From: an uncultured Gammaproteobacteria bacterium
GTDB taxonomy: Bacteria > Cyanobacteriota > Vampirovibrionia > JBFMGH01
Assembly: GCA_964517135.1 (NCBI GenBank)
Contig: CAZFBA010000003.1
Location: 140,863 to 204,862, forward strand
Reading direction: 5' to 3'
DNA: 64,000 bases
The position numbers and the translations under genes are program-made. Under the pieces are notes generated by a model. It was not told where the DNA came from and ran no database searches. It saw only the letters and a program-made list of their open reading frames with translations. The number at the start of each line of letters is the position of its first letter. The stretch's first letter is position 1. Positions 59,304 through 64,000 of this stretch are shown here, piece by piece.

Positions 59304-60674
59304 CTATGAAGACTTTTGAGTATTGTTAACCACTGCCGGAGAAAAGTATGCCGGTATAAAGTCTGTGTAGACCTCACCTTTGATGAACGCTTCATGTTCC
59401 AGAATTTTTTGATGGAAAGGTATAGTTGTCTCTATGCCTGTGATAGCATATTCATCAAGGGCTCTCAGCATACGTTTACGGGCCTCTTCTCTGTCTTTGC
59501 CTTTTGTGATCAGCTTACCAACAAGAGAATCATAAAAAGGCGGTATTTTATAACCGTGATAAACGTGACTGTCTACCCGAACGCCCGGCCCGCCTGGTGC
59601 AATATAGCCTTCAATGACTCCGGGGCATGGTGCAAAGTTTCTGGTTGTATCTTCAGCATTAATCCGGCATTCTATTGAATGCCCGTCAATACAAATATCT
59701 TCCTGAGAAATAGAGAGTTTTTCACCGGCAGCAACGAGAATTTGCTCTTTAACAAGGTCTAAATTAGTAATCATCTCTGTAACAGGGTGTTCTACCTGTA
59801 TTCTTGTATTCATTTCCATAAAATAGAACTTCTGATCTATGTCATACAGAAATTCTACAGTTCCAGCACCGACATAGTTTATTTCTTTTGCTGCTATTGC
59901 TGCATATTGACCCATCTGATGCCTTATTTCTTCAGTAAGAGCAGGCGACGGTGATTCTTCAAGAAGCTTTTGGTGCCGTCTCTGAATAGAACAATCTCTT
60001 TCAGGAAGGTATATAACATTTCCATATTGATCTGCAACGATCTGAATTTCAATATGACGTGGTTTTTGCAGGTATTTTTCAACATAAATACCATCATTAC
60101 CAAAGCAGGCAGCAGCTTCTGCTTTAGCCATGTTAGCCATTTCAACAAGTTTATCAGGAGATTCAACTATTCTCATCCCTCTTCCACCGCCACCGGCAGT
60201 AGCTTTAATAAGTACAGGATACCCTACTTCTCCTGCCCAGGATCTTATACTATCTATATCTTCAATAATGCCTGTCCCTGGTGTAGTAGGAACACCGCAA
60301 CGCTGCATGGTGCTTCTGGCTGTGGCCTTATCACCCATCATTCTAATGTTATCAGGTGATGAGCCTATAAAAACGATTTTGTGATCAGAACATGTCTGTG
60401 AAAATTCAGCATTTTCAGCCAGAAAGCCATAACCGGGGTGAATAGCATCAGCACCTGTATTCAGCGCTACACTAAGTATATTGGTTACATTAAGATAGCT
60501 TTTGGTCGGATGTGGTGGGCCAACACAATAGGCTTCATCTGCTAACTGAACGTGTAATGAGTCTTCGTCAGCTTCTGAATATATAGCTACAGTTTCTATA
60601 CCCAGTTCCACGCAGGCTCTTATGATTCTTAAAGCTATTTCGCCTCTGTTGGCTATCAGCACCTTGTTAAACAT
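59304..60674 (-). CDS. accC: acetyl-CoA carboxylase biotin carboxylase subunit
   Basis: MFNKVLIANRGEIALRIIRACVELGIETVAIYSEAD; ATP-grasp motifs; full length 456 aa. Confidence 0.95.
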   Translation of the reverse strand: MFNKVLIANRGEIALRIIRACVELGIETVAIYSEADEDSLHVQLADEAYCVGPPHPTKSYLNVTNILSVALNTGADAIHPGYGFLAENAEFSQTCSDHKIVFIGSSPDNIRMMGDKATARSTMQRCGVPTTPGTGIIEDIDSIRSWAGEVGYPVLIKATAGGGGRGMRIVESPDKLVEMANMAKAEAAACFGNDGIYVEKYLQKPRHIEIQIVADQYGNVIYLPERDCSIQRRHQKLLEESPSPALTEEIRHQMGQYAAIAAKEINYVGAGTVEFLYDIDQKFYFMEMNTRIQVEHPVTEMITNLDLVKEQILVAAGEKLSISQEDICIDGHSIECRINAEDTTRNFAPCPGVIEGYIAPGGPGVRVDSHVYHGYKIPPFYDSLVGKLITKGKDREEARKRMLRALDEYAITGIETTIPFHQKILEHEAFIKGEVYTDFIPAYFSPAVVNNTQKSS

Positions 60675-60692
60675 TGTTATTCTCCTGATGGG

Positions 60693-61181
60693 TTATTCAA
60701 TATACATTAAAACAGTACCTGCTTCAACAGGTTCTGCATTTTCAATACAGATTTCAGTTACTGTGCCAGCAACTTCGGATTCGATTTCATTCATTAACTT
60801 CATAGACTCTATGATACACAGCACCTGACCCACTTCAACCTCACTGCCAACCTCAACAAAGGATGGAGACCCGGGTGCAGGAGATTTATAATAAGTACCT
60901 ACCATAGGTGACACAACAGGTATTCCTTTTTTAGCAGGGCCGGCGGGTTTTTCTGTTTCTCCGGTAACAGGTTCTTTTGCTTCTAATTCTTCTGCACCGG
61001 CTACAGGCATTACCGTTTGTGCTGCTGTAAAAGGTGTTACAGACTGAGTAGCTGCTACATGAATTTCTTTTTCCTTTTTTATGACGATTTTGTCATCTTT
61101 AGATTCAACTTTTAACTCTGTCAGGCCATTTTCAGTAGCCAGAGAAACAAGAGATTTAATATATTCCAGATCTATACTCAA
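60693..61181 (-). CDS. accB: acetyl-CoA carboxylase biotin carboxyl carrier protein
   Basis: Biotinyl-lysine motif EVGQVLCIIESMKLMNEIE. Start placed at TTG 61181 with an AAGGAG SD at 6-nt spacing; the track ORF extends to TTG 61208 and overlaps the efp stop. Confidence 0.8.
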   Translation of the reverse strand: MSIDLEYIKSLVSLATENGLTELKVESKDDKIVIKKEKEIHVAATQSVTPFTAAQTVMPVAGAEELEAKEPVTGETEKPAGPAKKGIPVVSPMVGTYYKSPAPGSPSFVEVGSEVEVGQVLCIIESMKLMNEIESEVAGTVTEICIENAEPVEAGTVLMYIE

Positions 61182-61191
61182 GGCAAACTCC

Positions 61192-61755
61192 TTATTTGAC
61201 TCTATCAAGGTATGTATTGCTTCTGGTATCTATACGTATGAAATCACCGATATTGATAAAGAATGGAACCTGAACTATAGCACCAGTTTCAGTAGTAGCA
61301 GGTTTGGTTCCACCAGAAGCAGTGTTTCCTTTTTCTCCCGGAGGAGTATCTGTAACTTCTAATTCAACAAACAACGGTATATCAATACCGATTATACGGT
61401 TGTCATACTTTAATACACTAATAGTAGCATTCTCTTTAAGGTATTTTACTTTATCTTCACCTATTTGATCTACTGTTAATGCAATCTGATCGTAGCTTTC
61501 CATATCCATTACATTAAGGTCATCACCGGTTCTATAGAGAAATTGCATTTCTCTTCTATCTACAATGGCCTGAGGCACTTTTTCTCCGGCACGGAATGTT
61601 TTCTCTATAACTCCACCTGTTTCAACATTTCTAAGTTTTGTTCTTACAAATGCTGATCCTTTGCCCGGTTTAACGTGTAAAAACTCTACAATGCTGTAAA
61701 CGCTACCGTCTACTTCGATTGTCATGCCGTTTTTAAAGTTATTTGTTGGTATCAT
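61192..61755 (-). CDS. efp: elongation factor P
   Basis: [48 protein letters not shown] with the conserved KPGKG loop; 187 aa. Confidence 0.95.
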   Translation of the reverse strand: MIPTNNFKNGMTIEVDGSVYSIVEFLHVKPGKGSAFVRTKLRNVETGGVIEKTFRAGEKVPQAIVDRREMQFLYRTGDDLNVMDMESYDQIALTVDQIGEDKVKYLKENATISVLKYDNRIIGIDIPLFVELEVTDTPPGEKGNTASGGTKPATTETGAIVQVPFFINIGDFIRIDTRSNTYLDRVK

Positions 61756-61826
61756 AAACGAATCCTACATAATCATAATTACAGAGATAATATTATCTAA
61801 ACCAATATTTGCTGACAAGTTTAAGC

Positions 61827-62276
61827 TTAAATTGAGTTAGTGTTATGAATGTAGTTCACAAGACCTCGAAGGCCAAGCAGATAGCTTTCAATGCCAAAAC
61901 CAGCTATTTGGCCAATACAAACCGCAGCAGTATAAGAAAGATGACGAAATTCTTCACGTGCTTTAACGTTAGAAAGGTGCACTTCTACGGCTGGAAGGTC
62001 TGTACTTGCTATGGCATCTCGAATAGCAACACTCGTGTGAGTATAACCGGCAGGGTTGATGACAATACCATCAAAGATATCAATTGATTCCTGTATTTTG
62101 TCGACAATATCACCTTCACTATTCGATTGAAATATTTCAAGCATAACGTTAAGTTCTTTTGCAAGACTCTGAAGCTGGCTGTTAATGTAAGACAGAGATT
62201 GTGTTCCATAGATAGATTTCTCACGCCTGCCAAGCAGGTTGAGGTTTGGGCCGTGAATGACAAGAATTTTATACAT
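61827..62276 (-). CDS. aroQ: type II 3-dehydroquinate dehydratase
   Basis: [16 protein letters not shown]...[16 protein letters not shown]...[16 protein letters not shown] signatures. Confidence 0.9.
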   Translation of the reverse strand: MYKILVIHGPNLNLLGRREKSIYGTQSLSYINSQLQSLAKELNVMLEIFQSNSEGDIVDKIQESIDIFDGIVINPAGYTHTSVAIRDAIASTDLPAVEVHLSNVKAREEFRHLSYTAAVCIGQIAGFGIESYLLGLRGLVNYIHNTNSI

Positions 62277-62576
62277 ATTGATAACCTGTTAAAAACTTTT
62301 ACTTTTCAATTTTACCAGAGCATGAGGTATGAATAAAGGTTTGCTGTAAGTGTGGCAATAAGAGGTAATTGCCCTTGTGGTAATGTGTGGTGGATGTCGC
62401 AGGAAAAAAATTCCACGACTCAATAAATCTTAAATGAAACCTGATAAGCATTTCCCCACAAAAAGGCCAGCCAGAATTTCTCCAGGAGGCCTGTCGTTTT
62501 CCACAAAGAGTTAAAGATCTCTTACAGCAAGGGTTTTGTCGTGTCGCTTTTTGCTTTTCTTTTGACCTGTAGTAAT

Positions 62577-63230
62577 CTATCTAAAAAATATCAGTTTTGC
62601 AAGCAGGGCAATAATTACAAAGATTAAAACAAATATAAACGTCATAAAATAGCCGGCAAACAACCGTGAATAATTAAAATAATCAGGCATTTTGTCTTTA
62701 TTGAACCTGTCTTTATTGAACCTGTCTTTATTGATAACAATAGACTTAAATAAACTATCATGTATACCCTGCCGGTATGGATGAAAAGCCATAAAAACTG
62801 TTGTTCCGAAATAAAGGAGGCCAAGAATAACACTAATAATTATCCAGACGACAAAATCAAGAAGGTTGGGCTTTAAGAGGTCATACATTAAGATTACGTA
62901 GTGGTAATTAAAGTATACCAGGCTTATAATAAAAGCCCTCCCCAGAGATATAACACTGTTGACAGGCATTCCGTCAAAGTCAACCAGCTGTATACCAATT
63001 TTTTTCTTGCCGGGTGTTTGCCCTTTAATTAATAAACTATCAAAAACAGCAAAATAAAGTATAAATATAACCTGAAACATCAACCAGGGCTCAATATATG
63101 AATACCCGCTGAAGTGAAGAATTATAAATAAAAGCAAGAATATAACATTTAATATTATCAAATCAATGGTATAAGCCATTAACCTGCTAACAGTTCCTGC
63201 AAACATTTTTTCAGCCGGCGGTATAGACAT
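62577..63230 (-). CDS. RDD-family membrane protein; contains an in-frame 15-bp triple tandem repeat
   Basis: RDD pattern (R..A..iD, GQTPGKKKIGIQLVDFDG, final HD). ATG at 63230 with an AGGT SD preferred over the upstream GTG of the track. DNA tandem tgtctttattgaNcc three times (62693..62737) encodes DRFNK-DRFNK-DKM. Confidence 0.55.
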   Translation of the reverse strand: MSIPPAEKMFAGTVSRLMAYTIDLIILNVIFLLLFIILHFSGYSYIEPWLMFQVIFILYFAVFDSLLIKGQTPGKKKIGIQLVDFDGMPVNSVISLGRAFIISLVYFNYHYVILMYDLLKPNLLDFVVWIIISVILGLLYFGTTVFMAFHPYRQGIHDSLFKSIVINKDRFNKDRFNKDKMPDYFNYSRLFAGYFMTFIFVLIFVIIALLAKLIFFR

Positions 63231-63359
63231 TAAATACCTGTATTTGTTCACTAATTGACGTATTTAATACGGGGTTAAATTTATCTTGGAATTGTATCAT
63301 TTTATTTATAATATAGTTTTTAGACAAGTTAGATTAATAAAATTAACAGGGAGAGTGAA

Positions 63360-63776
63360 ATGAATAAATATAAGCTGGTTTTGTTGCTTGCAGGCGTTTA
63401 TATGCTGGGGTTTTATTCAGGAATGCATATACAGAAAGTAGATGCACTTGTGAGGGCTCCCGGTGAAAATAGCCAGCCACAGGTTAGCCAGGCTGCTCAA
63501 AACACTCAACCTTCTAACACCAATCCTGAAAGGGTTCCAGCGCAGACAAACCCACAGGCCAGACCTTTAACTCAATCTGATATTCTTGATAGAGAAATAT
63601 TAAAGAATGAAGACAGGCGTCCGGTCTCGCCTGCAGCTGCAACAAGAGACGGAGTTACGCTTTATAGTCTCTCAAGTGCAATGCGGGTAGATATTGAACG
63701 ACTCGAAGAGGATGTAGCATCGCTAAAAAACAAGGTTAGCATACTTGAAAATATGCGTCTGAACTGCCCTGAATAG
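63360..63776 (+). CDS. hypothetical secreted/membrane-anchored protein
   Basis: GGGAGAG SD; N-terminal hydrophobic segment; Pro/Gln-rich middle; C-terminal coiled coil. Confidence 0.45.
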   Translation: MNKYKLVLLLAGVYMLGFYSGMHIQKVDALVRAPGENSQPQVSQAAQNTQPSNTNPERVPAQTNPQARPLTQSDILDREILKNEDRRPVSPAAATRDGVTLYSLSSAMRVDIERLEEDVASLKNKVSILENMRLNCPE

Positions 63777-63910
63777 CAAATATATCTATGATAGTTTAAA
63801 ATAATTTCAATAGAAATTATTTTACCCGGTACCTGAAAGTGATAATGGGCTGTTTAACCTTTTATACTGATCCTTGAAAGTAATGTATAGATTCCAGATT
63901 ATAGAGGCCG

Positions 63911-63943
63911 GGTGTTTTTGCCCGCTGTGCGGGCAAAAACACC
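63911..63943. terminator. REP-like hairpin, possible terminator, downstream of the 63360..63776 gene
   Basis: ggtgtttttgc-ccgctgtgcgg-gcaaaaacacc, a perfect 11-bp stem; there is no T-run, so terminator function is uncertain. Confidence 0.4.
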
Positions 63944-64000
63944 CTACTGAATTCCATCAGCATATATTAATTATTTACGTGGAATGGTATAAATCATTTG

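Noticed and set aside
62693-62737. CRISPR-like short tandem repeat
   Set aside because: There are three direct 15-bp units with no spacers, inside a CDS and in frame. It is a coding microsatellite, not a CRISPR array.
11094-64000. Searched by eye for tRNA, rRNA or tmRNA genes, transposases, integrases, and toxin-antitoxin or restriction-modification genes
   Set aside because: No T-loop (GGTTCRANYC) or CCA-flanked cloverleaf candidates were seen. No DDE or tyrosine-recombinase motifs were found in any ORF. None of these feature types is reported.

Overview
This is an AT-rich bacterial chromosomal window with Shine-Dalgarno sites visible upstream of many genes. It carries a housekeeping backbone: secA followed by prfB, which has its conserved programmed +1 frameshift (CTT TGA G); the conserved aroQ-efp-accB-accC-rsmD block; mutS2; ispD-thiL; and a nupC nucleoside transporter. 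Between these lie accessory genes with little or no recognisable annotation. A 2384-aa secreted protein starts with a papain/C39-like peptidase domain and contains spaced TPR-like 'LDPDN' repeats. It is followed directly by a three-gene prepilin/minor-pilin operon (the third gene is PilX_N-like) with no pilus assembly genes in view. There is an SbcC/Rad50-like ATPase with a CxxC zinc hook but no SbcD partner. A co-directional operon encodes a B12-binding radical SAM protein, a TetR regulator and an efflux adaptor. There are two large GT-C-like polytopic membrane proteins, a fused MFS/spermidine-synthase/TPR protein, an SPFH/flotillin protein, a GH13 alpha-amylase-family enzyme with a Gln-rich N-terminal extension, and two tandem paralogous genes of unknown function. 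No tRNA, rRNA, CRISPR array or transposase was found. The most unusual content is non-coding. A roughly 220-bp GC-rich, hairpin-dense element occurs in two diverged copies (22.96 kb, and 41.15-41.28 kb in reverse orientation) and is a candidate structured ncRNA family or mobile element. Several other modular intergenic repeat families are present, including a roughly 210-bp element with a perfect 13-bp palindrome that occurs as an inverted pair around the secA-prfB region. A family of REP-like hairpins is present. A 1.6-kb region has no ORF. Upstream of the SPFH gene lie a consensus sigma70 promoter, a 12-nt perfect anti-SD complement and two perfect TGTGA-N6-TCACA (CRP-type) palindromes. All product calls are inferred by eye from motifs in the translations; no database searches were run.
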